Notes: generated by a model from the letters alone, not told the origin. A stretch of 64,000 nt of DNA from Syntrophobacteraceae bacterium (GCA_013314815.1 JABUEY010000002.1:4192-68191); one strand, 5' to 3'. Positions 1 to 10,038 are shown, numbered from the stretch's first letter. Program-made: numbers and translations.

Positions 1-312
1 AAGTTTCACCGACGCCAGCGCCAGCCGCGCTTTTTCTGTCGCTTCATCAAAAGGCCGCCCCTTTTCGACCAGCAGGCCGGCGAGCATATCGATGAGCCGT
101 TTGGTACGGCAGGCAATATCGGCTGCCGAAAGAATATTCCCCTGCACCAATTCGGAGAAGTGCCGTCTGACTGCACGCTTAAGGCACTGGCTGGAAACGC
201 GAGCCCGACGGGTGCCTCCGAAAAACGCATCCTTGGGAGCACCGGTATCGTCACGGTTCAGGTTGGACGGAGCGAAGTTTTGCAGAGCATGAATCTCGAC
301 GATTGTCCTCAT
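1..312 (-). CDS. casC: Type I-E Cascade subunit Cas7e (CasC/Cse4), 5' part only; gene runs off the left edge
   Basis: My own minus-strand translation from ATG 312-310 gives MRTIVEIHALQNFAPSNLNRDDTGAPKDAFFGGTRRARVSSQCLKRAVRRHF..., a canonical Cas7e N-terminus. It has an ATGA start/stop overlap with cse2. It is missing from the ORF track because no stop lies in the window. Confidence 0.85.
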   Translation of the reverse strand, partial: MRTIVEIHALQNFAPSNLNRDDTGAPKDAFFGGTRRARVSSQCLKRAVRRHFSELVQGNILSAADIACRTKRLIDMLAGLLVEKGRPFDEATEKARLALASVKL

Positions 313-827
313 TGGCTGTTCTCCTGATTTGCGAAAGGTTCAGTCCCTGTCCGGCTTTCAAGATCCCGATAGTATTCTCGAGCCCAATTGATCTGTGTCG
401 ACTTAAGTCCGCTGTTCCAGTAGAGGAGCCCCTCCAAGACCTTTCCAAAATCGACAGGCTGCTCTTTGAGCAAGGTAACGATCTGTCGGAGGCGGTGCGG
501 CAGCTGGTCGCTATCCGCATCCAGCAGGGAGATGAAGCGACGTTCAGTGCTGGTTGAGTTGCCTGAGGATTGATGCCTCGCACATGCTCTTGCGATGGAT
601 ATCGGTTTTCCTGTCCGTCCTTCCCGCCAGTGTGACGCCCAAAGGCCGGCTACCAGGTAAAACATTCTCCTCCTCCAGGAATTGTCCTCGTCTTTTACGA
701 AAGGTTCGACGTAAGGGAAGGCGGGAGGGTAACTCCCGGGGTCAAAGGCAAGACTTCGCCTGAGCACAGCTCGTACCCTGCTGTCCTTCTTGCTGACTTT
801 CTCCAGCCAATCAATGAATTCGGTCAT
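309..827 (-). CDS. casB: Type I-E Cascade small subunit Cse2/CasB (Cas11e)
   Basis: 172-aa ORF sitting between cse1 and cas7e. Its size and W/R-rich helical sequence (LVAGLWASHW, LLYWN, WAREYY) are typical of Cse2. It is translationally coupled to both neighbours by overlapping start/stop codons. Confidence 0.8.
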   Translation of the reverse strand: MTEFIDWLEKVSKKDSRVRAVLRRSLAFDPGSYPPAFPYVEPFVKDEDNSWRRRMFYLVAGLWASHWREGRTGKPISIARACARHQSSGNSTSTERRFISLLDADSDQLPHRLRQIVTLLKEQPVDFGKVLEGLLYWNSGLKSTQINWAREYYRDLESRTGTEPFANQENSQ

Positions 828-2353
828 GGAATCTCCTTGTCCGTTCTTTCCGGTTCGAGCTTCCTTATTTCGGCCTGCAGTTCATTCAGCTTGCCAAACA
901 CAAGACTTTCTGCCTTAACCAGGGCACGCATGGCCCAGGCATCTCCTGTTGCAACCGATGCACTGTGCTTTGCCCATGCCTTGCTCAAGGTCGTTCTGAC
1001 GGAGGTCAACCAGGCGTAGCGAATATCGTCGAGATCGCGATCGAGGGTGTATTCTCTTAGAATCTCATGAAAACGGGACTCCAGTGCAGACCAGTACCAG
1101 GCGTTTATCGGCATCTGGTAGGTGAATTTTCTGATGTCTTCCTTGTCGGGCTCTCGATCCCCCCGGCCGAGCAGGTTCCTTGCAAACGATCTGCAGGCCA
1201 GCCACAGAGATTTTTGCGCCTCCTCCGCGTCTGCCAGCAACTGCCGGATTTCACTGCGAACGGAGCGATCGCCGGCGAGTGCTTCAGGGAGGGTGAACCG
1301 TTCCATGCGCCAATACTCGATCTTGGCTTTGCTGTTTGCCTGTCCGAGAATCATCACGGAACTTGGAAAACGATCGCGGTTTGACCGGGTCAACATCGCC
1401 GCATGATCGATTACGCGCGGTGCAAGCCCTGAATGGTCGGGCAGGAGGGAGTCGAAGTCACGCCAGATCCCGCGGTCTCGAAACTGGATGGGCAGTCGCC
1501 CTCTCTTGTCGTCGTTCCTGTAACCGAGCATCGGGTCGGTGTGTTCAGCGGAAGAAGTACCGACCCCGGAGGCAAACGCCACTCTCTCTACCCCCAGCGG
1601 ACCTTTTGGTTCGAGGAGTATGGATCGAGCCCGCCATGTGTACCTGTCGGCAAGGCCGCTTATGGGACGCTCAATACCTCTCTTCAAGTCTGCCACCGAT
1701 TCCGGAGGCCTTTCCCATATCGGCAGGTCGGCGGAGCAGACCTCGCGATTCTGTGGGATGAGGGAAAAGAGCAGGGTATCCATCAGATTGCGACCGAGAG
1801 GGAGCACCAGGACGGCGGTTGCGGAGGGGGCCGTACCGGTGTGCGACAGTTCACTCTTTCCACAGCTGACCGAAAAGGTCTGAGTGGCCAACAGCCAGCG
1901 GACCGCGGCTCCCGGCTGAATCGTCCCCGGGGCTTCGATGGCCACGTGATCGAAAAGCACCTTGGCATTATCTGCGTTGTGTTCGGCAGCCAGAACCGTC
2001 CATGTCCTCCAGGTTTTTGGCGTGAACGAGGGAATCTGTCCGAACGGGTAGGTTTCATGAAAAAGCCAGAATCGATCCCGCCATTTCTCCAGGTAAGAGG
2101 TAATCTTCTCAACCGGCAGGCCTGTTTCGAAGAGGGTCTTGGCTTGATGGATATCGGTTGGACCTTCGAGTGCACGGTAGAGCAGCGCGAGCAGGAATCG
2201 GTGTAATCCCGCCACTACCAGCGGTGATGGATCCTCGACTGCTGCAATCTCCCCGGATCGCAGCAAGGTGTCCCGGATGCCCAGTTCATCTCGCGTTGCA
2301 TCGGGCAGACGAACCGGAATCCATTTTTCATCGATCAGGTTGAATTCCTTCAT
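824..2353 (-). CDS. casA: Type I-E Cascade large subunit Cse1/CasA (Cas8e)
   Basis: The track ORF is 824..2482. The likely true start is ATG 2353, giving MKEFNLIDEKWIPVRL (Cse1 hallmark N-terminus). That start overlaps the cas3 stop as ATGA. About 509 aa. Confidence 0.9.
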   Translation of the reverse strand: MKEFNLIDEKWIPVRLPDATRDELGIRDTLLRSGEIAAVEDPSPLVVAGLHRFLLALLYRALEGPTDIHQAKTLFETGLPVEKITSYLEKWRDRFWLFHETYPFGQIPSFTPKTWRTWTVLAAEHNADNAKVLFDHVAIEAPGTIQPGAAVRWLLATQTFSVSCGKSELSHTGTAPSATAVLVLPLGRNLMDTLLFSLIPQNREVCSADLPIWERPPESVADLKRGIERPISGLADRYTWRARSILLEPKGPLGVERVAFASGVGTSSAEHTDPMLGYRNDDKRGRLPIQFRDRGIWRDFDSLLPDHSGLAPRVIDHAAMLTRSNRDRFPSSVMILGQANSKAKIEYWRMERFTLPEALAGDRSVRSEIRQLLADAEEAQKSLWLACRSFARNLLGRGDREPDKEDIRKFTYQMPINAWYWSALESRFHEILREYTLDRDLDDIRYAWLTSVRTTLSKAWAKHSASVATGDAWAMRALVKAESLVFGKLNELQAEIRKLEPERTDKEIP

Positions 2354-5004
2354 GGGTCCTCCTTTGAATCGTATACAATGCCCAGATCTTCGGTGAGGTT
2401 TACACTCCCATCCACTATCGAGCGTCCCCGGGCATCGAGTTCGAGCGGGAAACAGTTGCGCAAGAGCGCCGATTTCTTCCATCCGGCCGGAATCCCAAGG
2501 TTTCGAAGCCTGTGGATAAGGCCCTTGCGAGAAAGACTGATGGTGCGCAGATAAAGCCGCCTCGCCTGTCTCAAGTCGGGCGTCACTTCAGGGTCAAATC
2601 CATCTGCCGGCCACAGCGGTACCACGACGATCGAGTCGTCTCCAAGCCTGGTCTGGGCCATGAGAGTTCTATGCGGTCCGGCTTCGTCTTCGTCGTAAAG
2701 GATGTATCTGGCAGGTTCGTTCCAGGACTCGTCATCGGGAAAACCGACGATCGCCTGATCGGCCTGCACTCTGCAAGCAATGGCATCTCCCTGTGCGGTC
2801 AGGGAGGCCTTCTCATGTCGTTCCTTCAAAAAATCCGGTATGTCCACCTGTCCATCATAGACTGTCTGTACCAGTGCATCGATGTCGTCAGGAAGAGTCA
2901 GCTGTTGCCTCTGCCGCAAGAGGCACCAGGTTTCCAGCAGGATGTCCTCGCGGTATACGCGTCCCCACCAAAGTGGATCTTGGAAAGATGGTGGCTCATC
3001 TCCCGTAAGGCCCGCAATAAGAAGAATCGGCTCGGCAGCCGGCCTGAATGATCTTGAATGTCGCCACAAACGGCCGGCACGCTGAAGCAGCAGGTCGATG
3101 GGCGCGAGATCGGTCAGCAGCAGATCAAAATCCAGATCCAGGCTTTGCTCCGCCACCTGCGTGGCTATGAGCAGCTTTCGCCCGCAGCGGCTGCCTCCTT
3201 TCCCAAAAACCTCCAGTATCCGATCCTCACGCTGCTGCCTCAGGTCTGCGGGAAATCGAGCATGGAAAAGAAATACCTCCATGCCATCCGGCAGCCGTTT
3301 GCCGACAGGCCGGCCCCTGTGTCGAAGAGCATCACCCTCGGGGAGGAGCTTGTAGAGGTCCTGGGCGCGCTGTACGGTGTTGACCAGAGCAAGTGCCATT
3401 CCACCGCCGGCAAGATGACTTTCAATTGCAGGGCAAATGCCGTCGAGATGAGGCGGGACTCCTCGTATCCGCAGTGTCAGGCGACGGCTGGCATCAGGCA
3501 CGAAGCGTCTCTGCTCCACCTCACCGTGCTGGAAAACAGTAAGGCGCGGGTATGCAGTTTCATGCTCTGGCATTTCGGCTTCCACCACACCTGCCAGTTT
3601 GCGCCGAATGGCGGGCGGAAGGGTTGCCGAGAGAAGCACCACAGAAGAACCCAGGGCCAGCAGCCAGCGCAGCAGATGGACCAGCAGCGTGCCTGTGTAC
3701 ACATCGTAGGCGTGGATCTCGTCAAAAACCACCACACGGTTGGAAAGACCCCACATACGAACGAAGTTATGGCGCACCGGCAAGATGGGCAGCAACGCCT
3801 GGTCCACCGTACCAACGCCGTATTCCGACAGGAGTGCCCGTTTTTTGTGAGTGAACCATTCTCCTGCACGGATTTCGCCGCCCGTTGTCATGTCGTGGAT
3901 GCCCGACAAGCGGAGATTCTGGTAAGCTTCATTAAGCGTTGCCGCTCCGTGGGCCAGTTGCAGATCCAGTTTTCGTCCCGTTCCAAGCCCGCCCAGGAAA
4001 GTCATGGTCCGCATGAACATGGCATTTCCAGTTGCCTTGGTGGGCAGAGCCACGTACATGCCGCGATGCCCGAAACGACGCTGAAGTTCGAGGCAAGCGA
4101 AGAAAGCAGCCTCGGTTTTACCCTCCCCCATGGGAGCTTCCAGCAGGAGGACTGCAGGCTCTTTGATAATGGCAAGAATGTCTGCTGCAGCCTGCTGAAG
4201 GGAGCGTGGCGAAAATCCAAAAACTTGTTCAAAGGTTTTGGGCTCCGCGCACAGCGGAATTCTCGGCTCCCACCCGATGCTGTCCAGGGCAAGTTCTGCA
4301 CGATCTCTGCTCTTTTGAAACCATTCCGCGATGTTCTCACAATCTTCCGGCTTGCCGAAGGGGAACCATGCTTCGTTTGATCCGATCCAGTCTGCAAAGC
4401 TTGTCAGGCCGGACAGCAGTATGAAATCGGGTCCTGAGAGTTGCTGCCTGGTGGGTATCCGTGAAGGCTTGAAGTGGGTTTCGAGGATCTGGACAATGCT
4501 TCGGCGGGCTTCGGACCAGTCTTCCCCTCCGATCGCCCTGGCATCACCTTCCAGTCTGTCGATGGTCGATGGAGTCGCCCGGTTTCCGTGGTGGCACCCC
4601 ACCGCGTCAGCAACCGGCTCTGCCAAACTGGCAGGCCAACCCCGTGCCCGCAGGTTTTCCTCCAGCGCGATCTGACTGACATATGCATGATGGATTCCGG
4701 TGTTTACACTTCGGCGCGTACGAAGGCCGGTCTCCGGAGCGTCCTGCCACTTGCGGTTAAAACCGGGACATGCCTTGCCTAGATCATGGCTCGCGATCAC
4801 CATCATGAGCCATGGCCGTGCATCCTCCCATTCCAATCCCAGGCAGGCTGCGATCCGTTTGCGGGTCGATTCAGGTTCACGCATCAGGATTGCCTCCGCG
4901 CTCGCGGCCACATCCAGCATGTGGAGTATGAGAGGATGCCATCGAAACTCACCATTCCGGCCTGTTTTCGCCCAGATCTTTGCTAACTTGGTATCCATCT
5001 GCAC
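2350..5004 (-). CDS. cas3: CRISPR-associated helicase/nuclease Cas3 (HD + SF2 helicase)
   Basis: 884 aa. It has N-terminal HD motifs (HPLILHMLDVA, SHDLGKACPGF) and helicase motifs (APMGEGKTEAA, VVFDEIHAYD, LSATLP). It lies directly upstream of cse1. Confidence 0.95.
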   Translation of the reverse strand: MQMDTKLAKIWAKTGRNGEFRWHPLILHMLDVAASAEAILMREPESTRKRIAACLGLEWEDARPWLMMVIASHDLGKACPGFNRKWQDAPETGLRTRRSVNTGIHHAYVSQIALEENLRARGWPASLAEPVADAVGCHHGNRATPSTIDRLEGDARAIGGEDWSEARRSIVQILETHFKPSRIPTRQQLSGPDFILLSGLTSFADWIGSNEAWFPFGKPEDCENIAEWFQKSRDRAELALDSIGWEPRIPLCAEPKTFEQVFGFSPRSLQQAAADILAIIKEPAVLLLEAPMGEGKTEAAFFACLELQRRFGHRGMYVALPTKATGNAMFMRTMTFLGGLGTGRKLDLQLAHGAATLNEAYQNLRLSGIHDMTTGGEIRAGEWFTHKKRALLSEYGVGTVDQALLPILPVRHNFVRMWGLSNRVVVFDEIHAYDVYTGTLLVHLLRWLLALGSSVVLLSATLPPAIRRKLAGVVEAEMPEHETAYPRLTVFQHGEVEQRRFVPDASRRLTLRIRGVPPHLDGICPAIESHLAGGGMALALVNTVQRAQDLYKLLPEGDALRHRGRPVGKRLPDGMEVFLFHARFPADLRQQREDRILEVFGKGGSRCGRKLLIATQVAEQSLDLDFDLLLTDLAPIDLLLQRAGRLWRHSRSFRPAAEPILLIAGLTGDEPPSFQDPLWWGRVYREDILLETWCLLRQRQQLTLPDDIDALVQTVYDGQVDIPDFLKERHEKASLTAQGDAIACRVQADQAIVGFPDDESWNEPARYILYDEDEAGPHRTLMAQTRLGDDSIVVVPLWPADGFDPEVTPDLRQARRLYLRTISLSRKGLIHRLRNLGIPAGWKKSALLRNCFPLELDARGRSIVDGSVNLTEDLGIVYDSKEDP

Positions 5005-5355
5005 CTGTCACTAAGCTGAATTCTAATGGTTAGAGAAAATCCCCGGTCATCCCCGAGCTTCTCAAAATCACTCATCACACGAGCCGGAAAGTGCTCAATG
5101 CAAAAAGTCCCCGATAAAGTACCCGAACGAAGTGCCCGCCAGAATACTCATACTCCCACCACTGGGACATCCGACGACCCACCTTGCAAAAAATTTGCGC
5201 CGCGATCAAAAACACCTTTCTGCAAAATCGCTTTCCCTGGTCGTTCCCTGCCGCAGGAGCTTGCGCGCATGTTTCCCTTCGATGCGCCTGCAAATGCCAC
5301 CTCCCGGGGCGGGGCACCCGCGCCCCGTGGGCGGTCCCGGTTCCGGCAGGCCGTG

Positions 5356-6345
5356 TCACGATGACTGCATCGTGCGGTACAGGTCCTGCATCCGGTCGAT
5401 TTCCCGCTCGATTTCGTTTCTCAGCGCCTCGGGCTCGATCACCCGAACGTCGGCGCCGAACTGGAGAATCATCATTCGGACTTCCCGGAAATCGGCGACG
5501 GGAAAGGTGAGTTCAAGGCCGCCGTCGTCCGTTGCCCTGACCTCCTGGGACGGGTGCCAGACCTGTTCGCGGACCCAGCGGGCCCGGAACGGCGTGAAGC
5601 GCAGGGTGACGGGGAGGGTGGCGGCCCCCTGAAAAATGCCGAACGCGCCTTCCACGTGAGGCGCCCATTGCGCGCGCGGGCGTGTTTCGAAGGTTTCGGA
5701 AAGGATATCGAGCCCGTCGATTCGAGACAGGTAGAACTTGCGCCAGTCTTCGCGCAGGCGGCAGTAGGCGATGAGGACCCACGAGGCCATATAATGCTGG
5801 AGGTGGTGAGGTTCGACGACACGCCGGGTGCTTTCCGTCGACCCCGGCGAAGAGTATTCCATTCGAACCGTGCGGCGCTGGATCAGGGCTTCGACCATTG
5901 TCCTGAAGATCCCTTCGCGGGACGGACTGTAGCCGTGCCAGTAGGATGAAAAGGCTTCGTCGAGGCGGGCTTCGTCCAGTCCGAGCGCCGTGATGGAATC
6001 CAGCAGCTTCATGCACAGGCCTCGGAAGGCATCGCCGATGAATCCGCCGGCGGAACGCGAGAGCAGGCGGCGGGCGACGAGAACGGCCAGCATTTCCTCC
6101 TGCGTCGCGGGCAGGCGGGGGAGAAAGAAGGTATCGTCGGTGTAGTAATAGCCCCTGCGGGAGTGGTCGTAGGCGATGGGGGCGCTCATCCGGTCGCGCA
6201 GGAGGCAAATATCGCGCTGAGCGGTCTTGTGGGATATTTCAAATCGTTGAGCAAGGTGGGATGCGTTGGGGTACCTGCGGCGCCTCAAACAGTCGTCGAA
6301 CCAGGTGATTCGTTCGAACTGAGGAAACACGGCCATGACGGTCAC
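5356..6345 (-). CDS. HTH-WYL-WCX family transcriptional regulator, encoded upstream of cas3
   Basis: 329 aa. N-terminal HTH (ASHLAQRFEISHKTAQRDICLLRD). Central WYL-type segment (RVVEPHHLQHYMASWVLIAYCRLREDWRKFYLSRI). C-terminal extension (VRVIEPEALRNEI). Same strand as cas3, 351 bp upstream. Confidence 0.8.
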   Translation of the reverse strand: MTVMAVFPQFERITWFDDCLRRRRYPNASHLAQRFEISHKTAQRDICLLRDRMSAPIAYDHSRRGYYYTDDTFFLPRLPATQEEMLAVLVARRLLSRSAGGFIGDAFRGLCMKLLDSITALGLDEARLDEAFSSYWHGYSPSREGIFRTMVEALIQRRTVRMEYSSPGSTESTRRVVEPHHLQHYMASWVLIAYCRLREDWRKFYLSRIDGLDILSETFETRPRAQWAPHVEGAFGIFQGAATLPVTLRFTPFRARWVREQVWHPSQEVRATDDGGLELTFPVADFREVRMMILQFGADVRVIEPEALRNEIEREIDRMQDLYRTMQSS

Positions 6346-7124
6346 CTCGTCGGCAAAGGAGGGAGGGGGGAACCAGTTCCGGCCGGGGTCGAGCAGCTGC
6401 GGGTTGTGTTCCGGGCCGTGGTTTCCCGGAGAGGGAGCCCGATTCAGAACAGTCGTTTACCCGGCGGCCGGTGCGAAGAGCATGAATCGACGGTCCGGAA
6501 TCCGGGAATCACGCCGGCTAAACCCCGGCACAGTGACCACTCGATTGTCGGTAATTGCCGGGGAAAATGTCAATCAAAAGATGGCCTTGCTGATTCTTTT
6601 TTCACACACGTCAAGAAAAAAGCCGGACAGGCCGCTGAGAAAGCGACCACAAGAAGGACGAAGACCCGGAGTTCATGAAAGCGGGAGTCGTGCCTGAAAG
6701 ATCTCAAAACCTGCCAGGAAATGCGGTCCATTGATTGTGCAACGTTTTCACAGGTAATCCCTTATCGCTGGTTCGATTCTCGCGGGCAGCACTTTTCGGT
6801 GGGGGGTGGAACCCCTGATCGCGGCCCAGGCATCAATGGGTACGTTTGGCATGACGTTTCTGCCGGTCTCCGCCGGTTCGGTCCCTCCGTTGTCGGAAGA
6901 GTGTGCCTGGGGTGCGGGTGTTGTCTGTGCCGCTGTTGTCAACGAACCGCGAAGTTGCTAAGATGGATCAGCCCGGCGTACTGTGTTCTTCGGGCTGGCG
7001 GCGGCGCCGGGCTTTTCATTCGCTGGTGGAGCATATCCGGGCGGCGGGTCGGGGTTTCCGTTCCGCATTGGAGGCATGCCCGGTCGTTGCAGTGCGAAGG
7101 TGTCGAGTAACTCACGGGAATCAG

Positions 7125-8174
7125 ATGAAGATCGAACGGAAGGTCCCACCTCTTAGAATAGGCAACGCCTGCATCTTTCCGCCTCTCGTCCTTGCCCCCA
7201 TGGCAGGGGTTACGGACATGTTGTACCGCCGCGTGATGTCGAGGTACGGCGTCGGGCTGGTGACAACCGAAATGGTGAGTGTCCAGGGGATACTGAGGGA
7301 CCAGCGTCCCTCCTGGGATCTTTGTGCGCCGGATCCTCTTTCGCAGGTTCCCACGGCTGTGCAGCTCTTCGGCCGCGATGCCGCGGGCATGGCTGAAGCG
7401 GCGCGAAGAGTCGAGGCGGGGGGGGCGTTCCTGGTGGACATCAATGCGGGTTGCCCCGTAAAGAAGGTCGTACGACAGGGGGCCGGGGCGAGTCTGCTGA
7501 GGACTCCGGATGTCCTGGCCGGCATCGTGGACGAGGTCAGGAGAGCGGTGAAGATCCCGGTAACGGTGAAGTTGAGGGTTGGCTGGGACCACCGGTCCAC
7601 GGGAATGATCGATCTCGTGCGCATGCTGGCCTCCGCCGGCGCCGACGCCGTTTCGATTCATGGCCGCACAGCCGTGCAGATGTATTCCGGCCGGGCCGAC
7701 TGGTCCTGGATACGCAGGGTCAAGGACGCGGTCGGCATTCCCGTCATTGGAAACGGCGATGTCACCAGTCCGTCGCATGCGGACCGGATGATCGAAGAAA
7801 CCGGCTGCGATGCCGTCATGATAGGGAGGGCCAGTCAGGGCAACCCGTGGCTCCTCGGCGCCATCGCATCGAGGTGGGGATACGTGGGCAACGGAGGGGG
7901 GATGCCGGGCTGGAGGGACTTCGTGGACACGGTGCACGAGCATATCGGGGCATTTATCGAAAGGAAACCCCGGGCCGTCGGGCACCTGAGAAAGCTGCTG
8001 ATCTGGTATTCGAAGGGATGTCCGAATTCCACCGATTTCAGGTATCGCATCAGCCGGGTGGAGGAGCCGGGGCGACTGCTCGGCATATTCGATGAATGGG
8101 TCGAGGGGCTGATGGAGAAAGATGTGGAGTTCCTGCCGTGCAAGGTCCCGGGGATTGAATATCTGAACAACTGA
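7125..8174 (+). CDS. dus: tRNA-dihydrouridine synthase (Dus family)
   Basis: Track ORF is 6903..8174; the probable start is ATG 7125 (MKIERKVPPLRIG). Dus motifs are present: LAPMAGVTD, VDINAGCPVKKV, HGRTAVQMYSG. Confidence 0.85.
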   Translation: MKIERKVPPLRIGNACIFPPLVLAPMAGVTDMLYRRVMSRYGVGLVTTEMVSVQGILRDQRPSWDLCAPDPLSQVPTAVQLFGRDAAGMAEAARRVEAGGAFLVDINAGCPVKKVVRQGAGASLLRTPDVLAGIVDEVRRAVKIPVTVKLRVGWDHRSTGMIDLVRMLASAGADAVSIHGRTAVQMYSGRADWSWIRRVKDAVGIPVIGNGDVTSPSHADRMIEETGCDAVMIGRASQGNPWLLGAIASRWGYVGNGGGMPGWRDFVDTVHEHIGAFIERKPRAVGHLRKLLIWYSKGCPNSTDFRYRISRVEEPGRLLGIFDEWVEGLMEKDVEFLPCKVPGIEYLNN

Positions 8175-8195
8175 AGCGGGCGAGGTTGAGAATCG

Positions 8196-9938
8196 ATGCG
8201 AGTCATTGTGGCCAGGACGGCCGGTTTCTGCAAAGGGGTGAAGGACGCCCTGGAAGTGACCATGGAGGCTATCGAGAAGCGGGAGGACGGGGAGAGAATC
8301 TGCACGTACGGCCCCCTCATCCATAACCGGCAGGTTCTGGCCATGCTGGAACAGAAAGGCATCAGGGAAGAAAACAGGATTGAAAACTGTGCGGGCAGGA
8401 AGGTGGTCATCCGCGCTCATGGGATTCCCCCTCAGGAACGCCAGCACCTGCACAAGGTGGGAGCCACCCTGCTGGATGCCACGTGCAGGAGAGTGGCCAA
8501 GGTCCAGGCGGCGATCAAGAGCCATGCCCGGCGGGGGTACCATACGGTGATCGTGGGGGACGAAGATCACGCCGAAGTCATCGGACTCATGGGTTATACC
8601 GAGGGCAGGGGGGTGGTCATCAACCGGCCGGCACAAGTGAACGATCTTCCCGGCGACTGGCAAAAGGTCCTGCTCGTTGCTCAGACCACTCAGAATGAAG
8701 AAATCTTTCGCGATATTCAGGAACAATTCCTCAAGAAATATCCGAACGGGAAGGTGAGAAACACCATCTGCGACTCGACTCATCAGCGGCAGACGGAAGT
8801 CCGAGAGATGTGCTCCCAGGTGGATGCGATGATCATCGTGGGAGGTTCACACAGCGGCAACACCATGCGCCTTGCCGAAGTGGCCCGGGAGTGCGCCGTA
8901 CCCACCTACCACGTGGAAACCGAACAGGATCTCAACGCCCAGGAACTCGCACGCTATTCGAGTGTGGGTGTTTCCGCGGGGGCATCGACGCCCAGCTGGA
9001 TCATCCGCAATGTGGTGCAGTTCCTCGAATCCATACGGCCCGAGAGGTCCGGCAGAACATACACGAGAAAGCGCATCCTGGAACTGCTGGTCTACGGAAA
9101 CGTCTACGTCGCACTGGGGGCCGCGCTTCTGGCCGTCTTCGTCGATGCACTGACGGACCTTTCCGGGGCCTTCGGCTGCAGCCTCATGGCCGCCTTTTAT
9201 GCATTCTCCATGCACTCCCTCAACATCTACCTCGACCGCAACGCCATCCACCTGAACGACCCGCCCCGGGCCGCGTTCTACAAGAAATGGAAACCCGCCT
9301 TTACGGCCGTGAGTGCCGTCGCCGTGATCTCGGCCCTCGCCATTGCCGCCGGCAGCGGCTTACCGACCTTTCTGACCCTGTTCCTCCTGGTCCTGCTCGG
9401 GATCATCTATACGGTCCCCCTGGCCATCCCCCGCTGGTGCCGCCGCCTGTCCGTCTATAAGCTGAAGGACATACCCACATCCAAGACGTTCTTTATCCCG
9501 ATCGCATGGGCATCGGTCACCGTTCTGCTCCCTCACCTGCACGAATTCGGGCAATTCTTCGGCCGACTGGTGTACGCCTTCTGGGTTGTGTTCCTCCTTG
9601 TACTCATCAGGACTTCGCTGCTCGATCTGCTGGCTGTTCAGGGAGATCGCCTGGTAGGCAGGGAAACCCTGGTCGTTCTCGTGGGTGAAACCCGGGCAGC
9701 CAGGTATACCCTCGGCTTTTTCGGGCTTCTCGTCTGTTCTCTTCTGCTGGGACCCATCGTCGGAGTTGCTTCGTATTTCGCGTACCTGCTTCTCCCCTTT
9801 ATTGTTCTTTACGGGTGGAGCCTCAAGAGAGCGTTTCAGACCCGTCTGAAGGAAGATCCTGTCTTTGAAACGCGCATCGAGGGCATAGTCATGGGAGCCG
9901 GGGGCCTGGCCCTGCTCTGGAACCTGTTGAACGGATAA
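8196..9938 (+). CDS. ispH: 4-hydroxy-3-methylbut-2-enyl diphosphate reductase (IspH/LytB) fused to a C-terminal polytopic membrane domain (UbiA-prenyltransferase-like)
   Basis: The first ~285 aa are typical IspH (MRVIVARTAGFCKGV..., HGPLIHN-like, GGxHSGNT). The last ~290 aa contain many hydrophobic helices plus Asp motifs (LNIYLDRNAIHLND; KLKDIP; LLDLLAVQGDRLVGRETL) that resemble UbiA-superfamily motifs. One uninterrupted ORF. Confidence 0.8.
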   Translation: MRVIVARTAGFCKGVKDALEVTMEAIEKREDGERICTYGPLIHNRQVLAMLEQKGIREENRIENCAGRKVVIRAHGIPPQERQHLHKVGATLLDATCRRVAKVQAAIKSHARRGYHTVIVGDEDHAEVIGLMGYTEGRGVVINRPAQVNDLPGDWQKVLLVAQTTQNEEIFRDIQEQFLKKYPNGKVRNTICDSTHQRQTEVREMCSQVDAMIIVGGSHSGNTMRLAEVARECAVPTYHVETEQDLNAQELARYSSVGVSAGASTPSWIIRNVVQFLESIRPERSGRTYTRKRILELLVYGNVYVALGAALLAVFVDALTDLSGAFGCSLMAAFYAFSMHSLNIYLDRNAIHLNDPPRAAFYKKWKPAFTAVSAVAVISALAIAAGSGLPTFLTLFLLVLLGIIYTVPLAIPRWCRRLSVYKLKDIPTSKTFFIPIAWASVTVLLPHLHEFGQFFGRLVYAFWVVFLLVLIRTSLLDLLAVQGDRLVGRETLVVLVGETRAARYTLGFFGLLVCSLLLGPIVGVASYFAYLLLPFIVLYGWSLKRAFQTRLKEDPVFETRIEGIVMGAGGLALLWNLLNG

Positions 9939-10038
9939 GGGTATCCGGTATTCCTTTTCCATATCTTTGAAACCTCGGTATAGACGTTCGCCCGGCCTGC
10001 CGGGGCCGGCCGAAGCCTTTTCCCGGATCGACTCGGCC

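Noticed and set aside
5026-5632. Plus-strand ORFs 5026..5364, 5132..5632 and 5184..5510 in and around the cas3-WYL spacer.
   Set aside because: They are Arg/Pro-rich and partly antisense to the WYL gene. They have no start context or family resemblance. The region more likely carries the cas3 promoter.
6761-6800. Complete tRNA gene around GGTTCGATTC.
   Set aside because: The upstream sequence cannot form the T-stem, anticodon arm or acceptor stem. At most this is a 3' fragment.
6939-8783. 614-aa minus-strand ORF antisense to dus and ispH. Similar long antisense ORFs: 16092..17816, 18845..20077, 19947..20960, 21552..22850, 23445..24593, 24692..25891, 26140..27540, 41859..43076, 44319..45275, 51275..52390.
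   Set aside because: They are typical high-GC shadow ORFs. Their composition is Arg/Gly/Pro/His-rich and low in complexity, with no recognisable motifs. Each lies opposite a gene with clear family signatures and proper SD/start context.
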